64,000 bases of DNA, from NCBI GenBank assembly GCA_037305845.1, contig CP147778.1, positions 3,392,001-3,456,000 of the forward strand. The letters run 5' to 3'. A program made the translations under genes and the position numbers. Below, piece by piece: positions 29,835 to 41,491 of the stretch (position 1 is its first letter; every line of letters starts with the position of its first letter). Origin of the DNA: Candidatus Freyarchaeum deiterrae. Lineage in GTDB: Archaea; Asgardarchaeota; Jordiarchaeia; Jordiarchaeales; Jordiarchaeaceae. Below the pieces are notes generated by a model, which saw nothing but the letters and a program-made list of their open reading frames with translations, made no database searches and was not told the origin of the DNA.

Positions 29835-30404
29835 TTAACCAAATACGTGTGTTGCCTGTGATGTAATTAGGGCGTTCTTCTTTTGGTAATCCCTAATTTT
29901 TGTTTTACACTTTACCATAGAAACAAGGTTACAATCGAGGCCTTTCAACTGCTCACCATCGCATTCGCAAACTTGTTTAAGCAATCTTTTACCCATGTAA
30001 GGGCAGGGCATTTTGGACAGCTCATTAATTATTGAATCGCCTACAGTCGTGTTAATATCCTCGGGATCCACAAAAAACTTTGGAAATAACTCCTTGTTCT
30101 TTTCCACAATATTCATTATGGAATCCTCAACTTTTCCCACAAGCTCCGGCTTCTCCGCGTCTGTTACTAGAACCAGATACCAGTCACTTTTCTTAATGGT
30201 GAAAGGCTTAATGTAAACGTTCATGTCTTTTAGCGAAATATGTCTGGGTGCTTCTCCGGTAACCTCTTTCCAGAACATCTGGGAGGCTGCGAAAACTCCT
30301 GAGACTAGGTCTGGATCCGCTTCAATGGAGCCCAGTTTTACGCTTATTGGGCAGAGTCCGTTGCTGTTTATTATGTATATGTTGTGTATGACCATCTCAC
30401 TCAT
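29835..30404 (-). CDS. Longin-like domain protein with Cys-rich C-terminus
   Basis: IHNIYIINSNGLC...DPDLVSGVFAASQMFWKEV...YLVLVTD fits the longin beta-beta-alpha-beta pattern; five C-terminal Cys. Confidence 0.65.
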   Translation of the reverse strand: MSEMVIHNIYIINSNGLCPISVKLGSIEADPDLVSGVFAASQMFWKEVTGEAPRHISLKDMNVYIKPFTIKKSDWYLVLVTDAEKPELVGKVEDSIMNIVEKNKELFPKFFVDPEDINTTVGDSIINELSKMPCPYMGKRLLKQVCECDGEQLKGLDCNLVSMVKCKTKIRDYQKKNALITSQATHVFG

Positions 30405-30745
30405 CTCGGTTTATTTACGTTACCAGTTTTTTGTGGGTTTATGAGGCGTTCTCATATTGTTTCAATTAAAGCAAATCTATTTAATAAAATTACCCAATAT
30501 ATTTTATTTCATTATTAGCAAATTAGGCTATAAATTATGTGATTTAATGGAAATTACTCAATATTCTAACAGTCGTGAAGATGCCCAAAAACGGGAAAAA
30601 TTTAGGATAAAAGGTGAATATTTGCGTTGAGAGACGCCTAACTTGAAAATTGCAATGGTTCAAGTGAATCAACCGTTGGAACGATTTGGAATCCCATTTC
30701 CATGTGTAATTTTTCCTTCCTTCAGTGCCTTAACAAAAGGTTAGT

Positions 30746-32284
30746 CTAGGTTACTTTACAGTATGGTTGCTTTATCCCTCGGATTCTACAATACAATCGT
30801 TTTATTTGTCTAACCAGGTTAGCGAGGAATACCTGTTCTGCTTCCCTGGCTCGCCTCAGTATTTGCTGTCGTGAGAGGTATGCTCTTAGTTCGGAGAGTT
30901 CCTTCTTTGGACTAAAGACTAGGTATATGGGAATGCCAACCGCTAAAAGTATGAGCCCGATAATTATTTCCAAGAGTTTAATCTGTGTGAGGAGGTATAT
31001 GCAGCAAGCGGCTCCAGCTATCGCTAAGATTAAACTTCTACGAAATCCTTTAGCAGCTTTGGGACTTGAGCTCTTTTTATGGAGAATCGGTGAGGAAATG
31101 CAGGTTACTAGATAAGCTAATGCTAAGAAGAAAACCGCTGAGGAGATCAACAAGTCTAGGTTTCCTAAAATAGAAGCTACGAGAGCTGTTGCACTCTGGA
31201 TAATTAACACAATGTAGGGAGTTTTAAACCGGCGGTGGAGCTTAGCGAAAATCTTGGGAAAGAGTCCATCAAGAGCCATAGCGTAGCCAAGGCGGGATGT
31301 GCCCAGCATTCCCGTTTCGTCTGCACCTGAGATAGCAAGCAGCGCTCCCACACCTACAATCAACGTTAATAAGGCGACCGTCCATGAAGCTGGGATAATT
31401 TGCGGTTGTGATAGGTAGGGGGTGTTTCCAGCTAGGATTGAGTTTAGGTAGGGGTTGTATCCCGCTATGACTTGAGTTGAGGCTGTTAGGGGTGTTGATA
31501 TACTCCCAAGCTGGGACCAGGAAACCGTGCTAAAAATTATGAAGTTTATAGCGAAATAAAATATCGAAACTATGAGCACACCTGAAATGATTGCTCGGGG
31601 AATAGTTTTTTCAGGCTTCTCTATTTCATTCGCGGGAATGGTCGAATGCTCAAAACCGGCGAAGGCCCAAATAATTAGAATCAAAGCTCCTCCGAATTGG
31701 GAGTATCCCTGAGGAGCGAAAGGGGTTAGGTTATAAATGGTTTGAGAAGAATTCGATACGACATAAACTAGTCCCAGCACTATAAAGATTAATAAGGGGC
31801 CCAGTCTCCCAATAGTCAGAATATCATTAACTTTTCCGGCAACCTTTGTCCCCAAAATATTGGTAAGAGTTAAAAACGTTACAAAGGCTACTTTTACTAT
31901 TATTTGTTCAGTGTCTGTTAAAGGGATGAAGTATTGCAGGTATTTTACGAAAGCCACTGGAAAAACTGCCATCGAGAACCATTCCGCAATCCAAAATGAC
32001 CATCCCACCAAAAATCCTGGAAATTTTCCCAGAGCCTTTTTCGCAAAAGCGTAAGGGCCGCCAACCAGAGGAGAGATTGTAACACAATGAGCAAAGTTTA
32101 GAGCAATAATCATTATAATAACCGCGGAAGCAACCCAAACCAGCAGAGAAGCTGGTCCCACAAGATTAGCTCCAAAAGAAGCTGCGATGAAGATATCCGC
32201 CCCAATCATCGCCCCGATAACTATATTTGTTACATCGAAGAGGTTAAGCTTCCGTGTCAGTTTTACTCTTTCCTCTTCCACCAT
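30746..32284 (-). CDS. APC-superfamily amino acid permease
   Basis: GAMIGADIF, GGPYAF, WAFAGFE, PEKTIPRAI, TSRLGYAMALDGLFP. ATG at 32284 (ORF open to 32311). Confidence 0.9.
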   Translation of the reverse strand: MVEEERVKLTRKLNLFDVTNIVIGAMIGADIFIAASFGANLVGPASLLVWVASAVIIMIIALNFAHCVTISPLVGGPYAFAKKALGKFPGFLVGWSFWIAEWFSMAVFPVAFVKYLQYFIPLTDTEQIIVKVAFVTFLTLTNILGTKVAGKVNDILTIGRLGPLLIFIVLGLVYVVSNSSQTIYNLTPFAPQGYSQFGGALILIIWAFAGFEHSTIPANEIEKPEKTIPRAIISGVLIVSIFYFAINFIIFSTVSWSQLGSISTPLTASTQVIAGYNPYLNSILAGNTPYLSQPQIIPASWTVALLTLIVGVGALLAISGADETGMLGTSRLGYAMALDGLFPKIFAKLHRRFKTPYIVLIIQSATALVASILGNLDLLISSAVFFLALAYLVTCISSPILHKKSSSPKAAKGFRRSLILAIAGAACCIYLLTQIKLLEIIIGLILLAVGIPIYLVFSPKKELSELRAYLSRQQILRRAREAEQVFLANLVRQIKRLYCRIRGIKQPYCKVT

Positions 32285-32568
32285 AAACGCTTCTCCATCA
32301 ACGCGCTTCAATTATTTCCTGCACATATCAAAAATATACTCGCTCTGAAACAGTACTGAGGCTTTTCCTTGTATAAAAACGGTTTACAAACACAATTGCA
32401 ACTTTATTCAGTTTTTACTCACATATTATTTAAATTTTTCACTATGTTATAAGAATTCAGTTCACTCTTCTTCCAAGTCGCTACTAGGATGGTGAAATTG
32501 CTTTGAATCCGAGTTTCCATAAATGATACCTTTTTAGTGTTTCAACAAATAAGTTTATTGCGACAAGT

Positions 32569-34086
32569 CTATCTAATTCTTCGAATTCGGCGGGACAATT
32601 GTTTTGTATGTGTGAGCAAGTGGGCGAGGAATACATTTTCCACTTCCCTGGCTCGCCTCAATAATTGCCGTTGGGAAAGGTATACTCTTAGTTCGGAGAG
32701 TTCCTTCTTTGGAGTGAAAAATACGTATATGGGAATTCCGATTGCAAGAAGTACGATTCCTATAATTAATTCCAAGTGTTCTATCTGAGTAATAAGATAT
32801 ACGCAGGAAACCGCTCCGATTACCGCTAGGATTAAACTTCTACGAAATCCCTTCCGAGCTTTTGGGAACTTTTTATGAAGAACAGGAGAGGAAATGCAGG
32901 TTACCAGATAAGCTAATGCTAGGAAAAAGACCGATGCCGAGATTAATAATTCTAGGTTTCCGATGATAGCAGCTACAAATGCACTCACGCTCTGGATGAT
33001 TAGACCTATGTAAGGCGTTTTATACTTGGAGTGGAGTTTACCGAATGCCTTTGGGAAAAGTCCATCTAGAGCCATAGCGTAGCTGATTTGGGATGTGCCC
33101 AGCATTCCCGATTCATTAGCACCAGAAATGGAAAGCAGTGCCCCTATACCTATAATCCCCGTCACTAGGGCAGCCGCCCATGAAGATGGGATAACTTGCT
33201 GCGATGTCAGGTAAGGATTGTATCCAGTTATAATCGATGTCAGGTAAGGATTGTATCCAGTTATAGTCTGAGCTGAGGTTATCAAGGGTGTAGACATGTT
33301 TCCCAGTTGACTCGAAGGAATGACACTAAAAATTATGAAATTTATAGAGAGGTAGAATGCCAAAACTATAAGCATACCCACAAGAATTGCTCTGGGAATA
33401 GTTTTTTCGGGCTTTTCTACTGCCCCTGCCGGAATAGTAGAAAGTTCAAATCCCGCATAAGCCCAAACAATTAAAACCAGAGCACCGCCGAATTGGGAGT
33501 AGCCATTGGGAGCGAAAGGATTGAGATTATAAACCGTCTGAGAAAGATACGATGTAGTATAAAACAGTCCTATAATTATAAAAAGCAGTAATGGGGCAAG
33601 TTTCCCAATAGTCAGAATATCATTAGCTCGACCGGCAACCTTTGTCCCCAAAATGTTTGTTATGGTTAAAAACGCCATGAATACAGCTTGGACTGCGACC
33701 TGTTGAATCTCTGTTAAAGGGTAAAAGTACGCCAAGTATTTTGTGAAAGCCAGAGGGAAAACCGCCAGCGAGAGCCACTCTGCAAGCCAGGTCGACCATC
33801 CCGTCATAAATCCGGCGAACTTTCCCAAAGCCTCTTTTGCATAAGCATAAGGACCGCCAACCACGGGAAAAACCGTGGCACACTGCCCAAAATTCAAGGC
33901 AATAACCATCATAATAACTCCAGCGGCAACCCAAACCAGCAGAGAGGCTGGCCCCATAAGATTAGCTCCAAAAGAAGCCGCTACGAAAATATCCGCACCG
34001 ATGATCGCTCCAACAACCAGATTTGTCACATCAAAAAGAGTAAGCTTCTTCTTCCCTAGTTCCGCCCGGCTTTCCTCCGTAGACAC
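32569..34086 (-). CDS. APC-superfamily amino acid permease (tandem paralogue)
   Basis: Same motifs as, and collinear with, the 30746 gene. Confidence 0.9.
   Translation of the reverse strand: MSTEESRAELGKKKLTLFDVTNLVVGAIIGADIFVAASFGANLMGPASLLVWVAAGVIMMVIALNFGQCATVFPVVGGPYAYAKEALGKFAGFMTGWSTWLAEWLSLAVFPLAFTKYLAYFYPLTEIQQVAVQAVFMAFLTITNILGTKVAGRANDILTIGKLAPLLLFIIIGLFYTTSYLSQTVYNLNPFAPNGYSQFGGALVLIVWAYAGFELSTIPAGAVEKPEKTIPRAILVGMLIVLAFYLSINFIIFSVIPSSQLGNMSTPLITSAQTITGYNPYLTSIITGYNPYLTSQQVIPSSWAAALVTGIIGIGALLSISGANESGMLGTSQISYAMALDGLFPKAFGKLHSKYKTPYIGLIIQSVSAFVAAIIGNLELLISASVFFLALAYLVTCISSPVLHKKFPKARKGFRRSLILAVIGAVSCVYLITQIEHLELIIGIVLLAIGIPIYVFFTPKKELSELRVYLSQRQLLRRAREVENVFLAHLLTHTKQLSRRIRRIR
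33202..33265. repeat. Perfect 31-bp direct repeat, period 33 (ITGYNPYLTS twice)
   Basis: cgatgtcaggtaaggattgtatccagttata at 33202-33232 and 33235-33265. Confidence 0.9.
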
Positions 34087-34319
34087 ATCTCCCTAAAACC
34101 TGATATTTAAGATAGACTTTTAATAAGACTAGAACCGTATTACCGCAAACGTTACCAAGATTTCATAAACGTATAGATATAATTCAAAAAGATAATATTT
34201 AATTTTTATCCAAGTTACATTCTTTTCAACAAGCTTAACCTGTTGAAGCCGACAGATTATCTTTATAAGATTGGTCAAGTGAAAGTGGTTCAACCAGTCC
34301 CTGACACGAGGCAAGCGAT

Positions 34320-35129
34320 ATGTTCGAAAAATTGCCCGACAAGAAGCAGGTAATCGAGTACGACGATGCAGGAGTGATCCCCGTCTACTATTACCCAGAC
34401 ACAGATTACCTGTTTCAGAAAATGGGTGTAGCAACCATCGATATGGCTGTCCTGCACAAAAAGGACTTAGCACTAGATGTGGGGTGCGGAATAGGAAAAG
34501 AAGCAGGCATAATGTATGACAGAGGAGCGAGAGCGATAGGAATTGATCCCTCCAAGATCATGGTTAAAAAGGCAAAGGATTGGTTGAGGTCAAACCATCA
34601 GGAAGTAAGCCTAGTACGTGGGACCGGTGAATATCTGCCGTTTAGAACAAACTCGCTTGACGCGGTAACCTGTAAGGGAGCCATGGATCACTTCGTAAGT
34701 CCCAGAGCAACAATGAGAGAGTTCGCCAGAGTGCTTAAGCCCGATGGAAGAGCTGTGGTATCCTTGGCAAACTTTGAGAGCCTGGGCTTCAAAATGGCGA
34801 GAAGGGTACACAAAGTGAGAAGGAGACTTAAGCTTGTGGGCGACGGCCCAACCCCCTGGGATGTCCCAAAAGACCACACGGTCAGATTTACCTACCTGGT
34901 TATAAAAGCTTACATGGAGGGGGTTCTGAAAAGAAGCGGAATGAGGGGGCTGTCCATGTTCTGGAACTTTCACTACTGGGGCAGAACCCTAAACGTTCTT
35001 CCCAAGAAAGTCTCCTGGACCATACTACGATTCGTGGATAACATAGCAAAACTTTTTCCCATGGTGGGAGACATCCTAATCGCCCGCGGAACACCCATAA
35101 AAAAGTATGACCAGAAGAGAAAAACGTAG
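34320..35129 (+). CDS. Class I SAM-dependent methyltransferase
   Basis: LDVGCGIG, GIDPS, GEYLPF, RVLKPDG. Confidence 0.85.
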   Translation: MFEKLPDKKQVIEYDDAGVIPVYYYPDTDYLFQKMGVATIDMAVLHKKDLALDVGCGIGKEAGIMYDRGARAIGIDPSKIMVKKAKDWLRSNHQEVSLVRGTGEYLPFRTNSLDAVTCKGAMDHFVSPRATMREFARVLKPDGRAVVSLANFESLGFKMARRVHKVRRRLKLVGDGPTPWDVPKDHTVRFTYLVIKAYMEGVLKRSGMRGLSMFWNFHYWGRTLNVLPKKVSWTILRFVDNIAKLFPMVGDILIARGTPIKKYDQKRKT

Positions 35130-35335
35130 CATAGCAAGTTTCCCTCACAAAAATTCTGGAAATCCTTTAGAAAATTTTATTAATCACATGAATCTCCTTT
35201 TGTGAAAGGTCTGCGTACACCCTCATGATGACAAACGAACAGTGTTTAGAGCCTTTTTTTACTGGTTGTAAGCCGAGACCGGTAGGAAAAGAAGGAAGGT
35301 AGCGCAACCCTTTAGAGTGAAACAGGAGGTTCAAT

Positions 35336-36148
35336 GTGTCACAATCAGCATCATCCGTGTTTGATTACGCCAGTCTGTTAGCAATAGGCTCAGCTCTACT
35401 AGGAGCTGTAGGCTCAGCTCTCAAATGGTATTTTGACCGTAAAGAGCGACAAATGGAGATTTTTAAGCAAACTTTCGAAAAGTTCTCCCAGCTAACAGCC
35501 CAGTACTACCTACCCATGGCAGTAGAGGGCGGCAGAGCCGGGCGACTATTAAGAACACTTTTCGCTCCCAAACCGCCAGAACCCCAGTACGTCTTTTTCA
35601 ATTTGTCCCGCTTCCAGATGTACGTCCGCCGCTACGTCCAAAGCGGAGGAGGCTACCTGATGCCCAATTTGAAAGACGAGAGAATACAGGCAAACTTGTA
35701 CTTCCGAGCCTTCATACAGATGCCCTTCACGGACACCGATATAGCGGTAATGCAAGACGCCGCAGAAGGCTGCAACAGATACATATTGTTTAAAAAGAAA
35801 CTGGAACACCCAGACCCCAACGCCGAAGGAGAACCGGAACTTAAGAAAGCCTACGATAAATTCGTCAAATGGATAAAAGACAAACCCAACAATGTAAAGA
35901 GTTCTGGGCAATACCTCCAACACTACAGAGACTACATCATGAAAAACATAACCGGTCTGTACTCCGGATGGTACACCAAAACTTCACTCTCGGAATCCAA
36001 CAAAGAAGCAGTCAAGAGAATACAAAAACAAATCGAGAAAACAGAGCACAAAGTAAAAACCGAACTAAAAGAAACCGGCCTAGCAACAGGAAAACCGAAA
36101 AAGAAAACCACGAAGTCTCCAAAAAAAATAATTTTTTTTAAAAAATAA
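35336..36148 (+). CDS. Hypothetical protein with N-terminal membrane anchor and Lys-rich tail
   Basis: GTG after a GGAGG RBS; hydrophobic LLAIGSALLGAVGSALKW. Confidence 0.7.
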   Translation: MSQSASSVFDYASLLAIGSALLGAVGSALKWYFDRKERQMEIFKQTFEKFSQLTAQYYLPMAVEGGRAGRLLRTLFAPKPPEPQYVFFNLSRFQMYVRRYVQSGGGYLMPNLKDERIQANLYFRAFIQMPFTDTDIAVMQDAAEGCNRYILFKKKLEHPDPNAEGEPELKKAYDKFVKWIKDKPNNVKSSGQYLQHYRDYIMKNITGLYSGWYTKTSLSESNKEAVKRIQKQIEKTEHKVKTELKETGLATGKPKKKTTKSPKKIIFFKK

Positions 36149-36343
36149 TTTAACACATTGCATATCGGGCTGATACTCTGGGGATGCTTTGTGTGTAAAT
36201 AGTCGACCATACTGTAGTCCTAACAATCGACAATAAGATGTGGATAGAAAAAAATCTTTAAATATATTAGGTTGGTGGAACAATCTAACCAAAAAATGGT
36301 ATAATAGGGTATGTCAAAACAATCTATAGAGGCATCAGCGCAC

Positions 36344-36475
36344 ATGGAAGAAGCTCCTCAATCAGAACAGTTATTTCCTGTGGAAAGAGAATATGCCCGT
36401 TGCGTTACCGTCTTAAACCGCACCGGCATTCTCACACTTCTTCCGAACTCAGAAAGCATTGGGGTGATTAGGTAA
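36344..36475 (+). pseudogene. Probable 5' stub of a truncated gene (MEEAPQSEQLFPVEREYARC...GVIR*)
   Basis: 44-codon coding-like frame (extendable to ATG 36311) ending in a TAATG overlap with the much more AT-rich DUF1801 gene. Confidence 0.4.
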
Positions 36476-36843
36476 TGGAAAGAAAAAAGAAACAAGTTAA
36501 TACAATTGACGAATATATTGCAATATTTCCAAAACCAATCCAAGATATTTTGCAAAAATTAAGACAGACTATTAAAGAATCAGCGCCACAAGCACAAGAA
36601 GCTATAAGTTATCGAATGCCTACTTTTAAACTAAATGGTAATTTAGTTCATTTTGCTGCATTTAAAAATCATATTGGATTTTTTCCAACTTCATCTGGTG
36701 TAGCTGCTTTTAAAAAAGAATTATCTGAATATGAAATTTCAAAAGGAACAATTAGATTTCCTTTAGATAAGCCAATACCTTTTGATTTAGTAAGAAAGAT
36801 TGTAAAGTATAGGGTTAATGAAAATTTGCAAAAAAAGAGATAA
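36475..36843 (+). CDS. DUF1801/YdhG-family protein
   Basis: TIDEYI, EAISYRMPTF, HFAAFKNHIGFFP, SKGTIRFPLDKPIP. Confidence 0.9.
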   Translation: MERKKKQVNTIDEYIAIFPKPIQDILQKLRQTIKESAPQAQEAISYRMPTFKLNGNLVHFAAFKNHIGFFPTSSGVAAFKKELSEYEISKGTIRFPLDKPIPFDLVRKIVKYRVNENLQKKR

Positions 36844-36999
36844 AAAAATTTATGACAAAGAAAACCAAAATTATTTCAGCATAAGGATTTTGAGGAGTTC
36901 GAAAGGGAAGTCGCCCTCTTCCTAAGAAAGTGAAAAAGTAGGCGAGTCTAGGCTACCGTTAAATCTCAGAGTCGCATTTAGTCGTTAGTCGTTTTTAAT

Positions 37000-37464
37000 T
37001 TATCTACTAGTCTTTAATTCTAATTCCGATATGAATCTTTCACTGTCTTCGGGACTGACCCATATTATTCTCTTCTCAGTGGTCATGCGTATTCCATTTT
37101 TGAATTTATTACAGTAATTACTACGCGGAGAGAGTAATATAATAAATTCGACTTTTTCTACACACTTTATCTCGTCCAACGACACACTTCCCTTTTTTAG
37201 GTACCCAAATTTCATCCAAAGTTTTTCATTCTCAATCCGGTACTCCGTATTGTACGCTGCATGAATAGCTATTCCAATAAGGAAAACATATGGAAGGTAA
37301 TAAGAAATAAAAGATATAATAACTTTCGGTGTTAAATCTTGCCCCCAAATGGTGTATGTGAAAGTAATACTAATAAGCATTAAGAGTACGGCCGCCGCCA
37401 AAGCTGCTAGTATAAAATATGAGACATAACCGTTGCTAGGCTTCGGTTTATCCACATACACCAT
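37000..37464 (-). CDS. Two-TM protein with bacterial-type PH domain
   Basis: Two TMs, then TEYRIENEKL...FG...VSLDEIKCVE...WVSPEDSERFISEL. Confidence 0.7.
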   Translation of the reverse strand: MVYVDKPKPSNGYVSYFILAALAAAVLLMLISITFTYTIWGQDLTPKVIISFISYYLPYVFLIGIAIHAAYNTEYRIENEKLWMKFGYLKKGSVSLDEIKCVEKVEFIILLSPRSNYCNKFKNGIRMTTEKRIIWVSPEDSERFISELELKTSR

Positions 37465-37685
37465 TTTTGTTCGCCCATTTACACTGCTCGAGTGATTGCG
37501 GAATTTTTGTCTTTTTAGGTTTTTTGGAAAAAGGCTTTTTTCGGCTTCATTACCGAAAAGGAGCCTTTAAACGGCAGATTCTATAGCGGGTTTCAGACAA
37601 AATTATCATAAGCCCGATACATAATTTGGGGAACGGAGCATAAACATTTTATGCCGTCTCATAGACTTTTGTTCTCCTCGCCTAT

Positions 37686-37748
37686 TCATTTTCCGCTTTT
37701 TTCTTTCTCTTCGATTCGCCTTAAAGTTTCTTCCGCTGTGCCCCGCTT
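37686..37748 (-). pseudogene. 3'-terminal remnant of a HEAT-repeat gene paralogous to 47103-47918
   Basis: RGTAEETLRRIEEKEKSGK* versus DAATEALRRFEEKEKSRK*; DNA tcgaagagaaagaaaaaagc(g/c)gaaaatgaata is shared. Confidence 0.65.
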
Positions 37749-37844
37749 TCAAATTAGCTAAATCAACTTAATTTAAAAAATCGAAATAAGAAGCGCTATG
37801 AGTGACTTTTTTATTCAAATCGTGGTTGTGAGAATTTGTAAATG

Positions 37845-38258
37845 TTAGATTATGAGTATACTTGCTACTTGGAGATATTCGATAAACCCCAAACTTAAAG
37901 CGATTGCCCATACGGTTGCTGTGATGCGCATCCATCTCTTGATGGATTTTGGTTTCTTTTCGATAACGAAGGCAACTCCGAGAGCTTCTGCTAGGCCTCC
38001 GGAAGCTGAGTGTAATGCTAGTAGAATGATTCCGAGAGTTGTGAATGTGTATAGAGCGGGAATGGCTCCGACGAGCGATGGGATCATTACGAGGATTATG
38101 GGAGCAGCGTTTAACACGACCATAATGGCTGTAATATCTCTGTGTCTTTTGAGGCCTTGTGCGGTTTTCTCTCTTCCAAACTTGATTCCAATAATTAGGA
38201 GAATTAGGATAGCTATTTCGACTATCAGACTTATGTTTGCGGTGAGTGGTGCGGCCAT
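37845..38258 (-). CDS. Four-TM membrane protein with intramembrane His (DUF420-like)
   Basis: Four hydrophobic segments; LKRHR and LALHS. ATG at 38258. Confidence 0.6.
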   Translation of the reverse strand: MAAPLTANISLIVEIAILILLIIGIKFGREKTAQGLKRHRDITAIMVVLNAAPIILVMIPSLVGAIPALYTFTTLGIILLALHSASGGLAEALGVAFVIEKKPKSIKRWMRITATVWAIALSLGFIEYLQVASILII

Positions 38259-38431
38259 AACTTCCATTTTAGATTTCAGGATATAAGTTTTTTGTAATAT
38301 TGTTTGAAGGTTTGATGAGTGTCCCTGCAATTAAAGACATTTATCACTGGATTATTCGATAATTTGTATTCGTCTAAATTTGACCAATGCGTTCCCATGA
38401 ACTGGTGACTTGTAAGGTTCATTTGTCTTTG

Positions 38432-40189
38432 TCACTCGTATCTGCGTAGTCTGGCCATCCCAACTCTGAGGGAGATGTACGATGCTACAACGCCTATTAT
38501 GATGGCTGCTAGGATTCCGTACTCCCTTGGTATGATGGGAAACTGGGAGTAAAATGCCTGAAGCAGATTGGAGAAGTAGGGTAAGATTTGGATTAGAGTG
38601 CTCTGGAGGGGGTTGGAAAAGACTATGTTTATTATCCATGGAAATAGGGCGAATATTAGCATTAGGCTTCCTACCACTGAAACCACGGCGTCGATTATGG
38701 TAGAGTTTATCAGTTGTCCGCGGCCGCTCCATTTCAGGACGGGTCGTGCGCTGTAAACCCCCAATGCTATAGCACAGCTAACAACAACGATGAAGAGCAT
38801 AACTGGGACAAGCACTTGGATGCCGGGGCTCTGATTGCCTAAAAATATCTGAAAGATTATTCCCATGGCCAGTCCCAGTGGCAGTCCGACTGCGAGCATT
38901 TCCGCAAACTTTGAGTAGACCAGTAATTCAACTCCGTGGGGAACTCTTTGGTAAGTCTGGATGAGCTCCTTTCCGCTAAGAGTCATCTGTGAAGCCTCAA
39001 TCTGACCAATCATTCCTCCAACCGTGGTCATAAAAATGAAAGCTATACCCGGCGAGAGAAGAAGACTCAGCGTACTCACATTCGCGGAGAAGCTGGGGAC
39101 AAGGCTGATTATCGACACGAAGTATAATATTAGAGGGAAAAAGAATATGGCTATAACTCTCAGCAGGCTCTCGGGATTTCTGGAAAACTCCTTCAACTGT
39201 ACAACCGTTAATCTACCCAGCTTGCTGGGAACCAATCGACGCAGAAACCGATAAAATCTCTCCTCCTTCTTTACAGACACTTTCGCTCCAGGAATCAGTT
39301 CAAGCAGCTTGACTCTGCTTATAAGAATTAAACCCAGAACGAATATCGCTATAAAAAACGCTATCGTGAGAACCAAACTGGTTACAGGGTCGGGTATGAG
39401 AGGCGTGTAGAAAGTGAATCCCAGATAATTAATCGTGGTAATATTCGATCCGGTCAGAGCGTAGTAGATTATGTTTGAGACCCAGGTTGTGGGTGAAAAC
39501 CAAATGTTGAAGACTGAGGTTTGAGAGCTGGAAAGAACAAAGAAAGCTAGACCAATTGTAATAGCTCCAAAGGCGATAATCACCATAGCCAAATCTACGA
39601 ATCTATGAGAACTCTGACTCCTCAACTTTAAATAAAATGACAGAAGCAGCCCTATCCAGGTTCCCGCGACATAAATCAAACCCACTGATACGAAAAAGGC
39701 AACTAGAAACAAGGGGCCAGTATACCCGTGCTCTATTATGATTGGAACTAGTGAAACGCTTAAAATTGAGAGATAGATTGGTAAAGGAATTAGATTAACT
39801 ACTAGTTCTCCTAAGAAAATATGCCTAGGCTTAACTGGACTGGATAAAAGAATTTCCATATCCTCCGTCGGTGTCTCCCACAAAACATTCGATAACCCCT
39901 CTATGACCGGGGCAATGAGACCGATTAGGGAAAGATACTCACCAATAACTAATGTTATATCTGTCTGAGGATAAAATGAGTTTGCACTTATGCTGGGAAT
40001 GCCAAAAAAGTTCCTAGCCAGCTGCACGGAAGTATTGCTGATATAAGAGCTATTCGAAATTTGTATAACTATAAAGAACACGATTGCCGGAATAACGATT
40101 AGCAACAGGGGAATAATTTTTCGGTATTTACGCATACCACCAGTGAGCAACAAGTACTCATTTTTGGTAATGGTAAACCAGCTAGGCAT
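38432..40189 (-). CDS. Polytopic membrane protein, putative ABC exporter permease with duplicated halves
   Basis: ITKNEY and VQLKEFSRNP half starts, DMEILLSSPVKPRHIFLG, SPTTW; more than 12 hydrophobic segments. Confidence 0.7.
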   Translation of the reverse strand: MPSWFTITKNEYLLLTGGMRKYRKIIPLLLIVIPAIVFFIVIQISNSSYISNTSVQLARNFFGIPSISANSFYPQTDITLVIGEYLSLIGLIAPVIEGLSNVLWETPTEDMEILLSSPVKPRHIFLGELVVNLIPLPIYLSILSVSLVPIIIEHGYTGPLFLVAFFVSVGLIYVAGTWIGLLLSFYLKLRSQSSHRFVDLAMVIIAFGAITIGLAFFVLSSSQTSVFNIWFSPTTWVSNIIYYALTGSNITTINYLGFTFYTPLIPDPVTSLVLTIAFFIAIFVLGLILISRVKLLELIPGAKVSVKKEERFYRFLRRLVPSKLGRLTVVQLKEFSRNPESLLRVIAIFFFPLILYFVSIISLVPSFSANVSTLSLLLSPGIAFIFMTTVGGMIGQIEASQMTLSGKELIQTYQRVPHGVELLVYSKFAEMLAVGLPLGLAMGIIFQIFLGNQSPGIQVLVPVMLFIVVVSCAIALGVYSARPVLKWSGRGQLINSTIIDAVVSVVGSLMLIFALFPWIINIVFSNPLQSTLIQILPYFSNLLQAFYSQFPIIPREYGILAAIIIGVVASYISLRVGMARLRRYE

Positions 40190-40400
40190 ACGCCACTTGT
40201 CAATATACTAGTTATTAAACATTATCAGCAACCTCTTGGCTTTAATTTTCTGGGATATTTTCCAAAAACAGTTTTATATTTTAGACCTATCCGTAAAACG
40301 CATTAACTCCCCACACGCTATCGGTCACATCTAAAATACACGCCCAGAAAAACTTAAAAAATAAATCAGCCTCTTTGAGATAGAAGTAATCCACGAGTGA

Positions 40401-41426
<1,026 letters not shown>

Positions 41427-41491
41427 CGGCAAATATTACTTAAATTTCACAGGTAGTAAGAGGTAATAAAATAAAAGAGGAGATATACACG

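Noticed and set aside
35225-35300. C/D box sRNA or SECIS element
   Set aside because: No properly placed CTGA box D and no in-frame TGA selenoprotein candidate nearby; kept only as a generic structured-leader finding.
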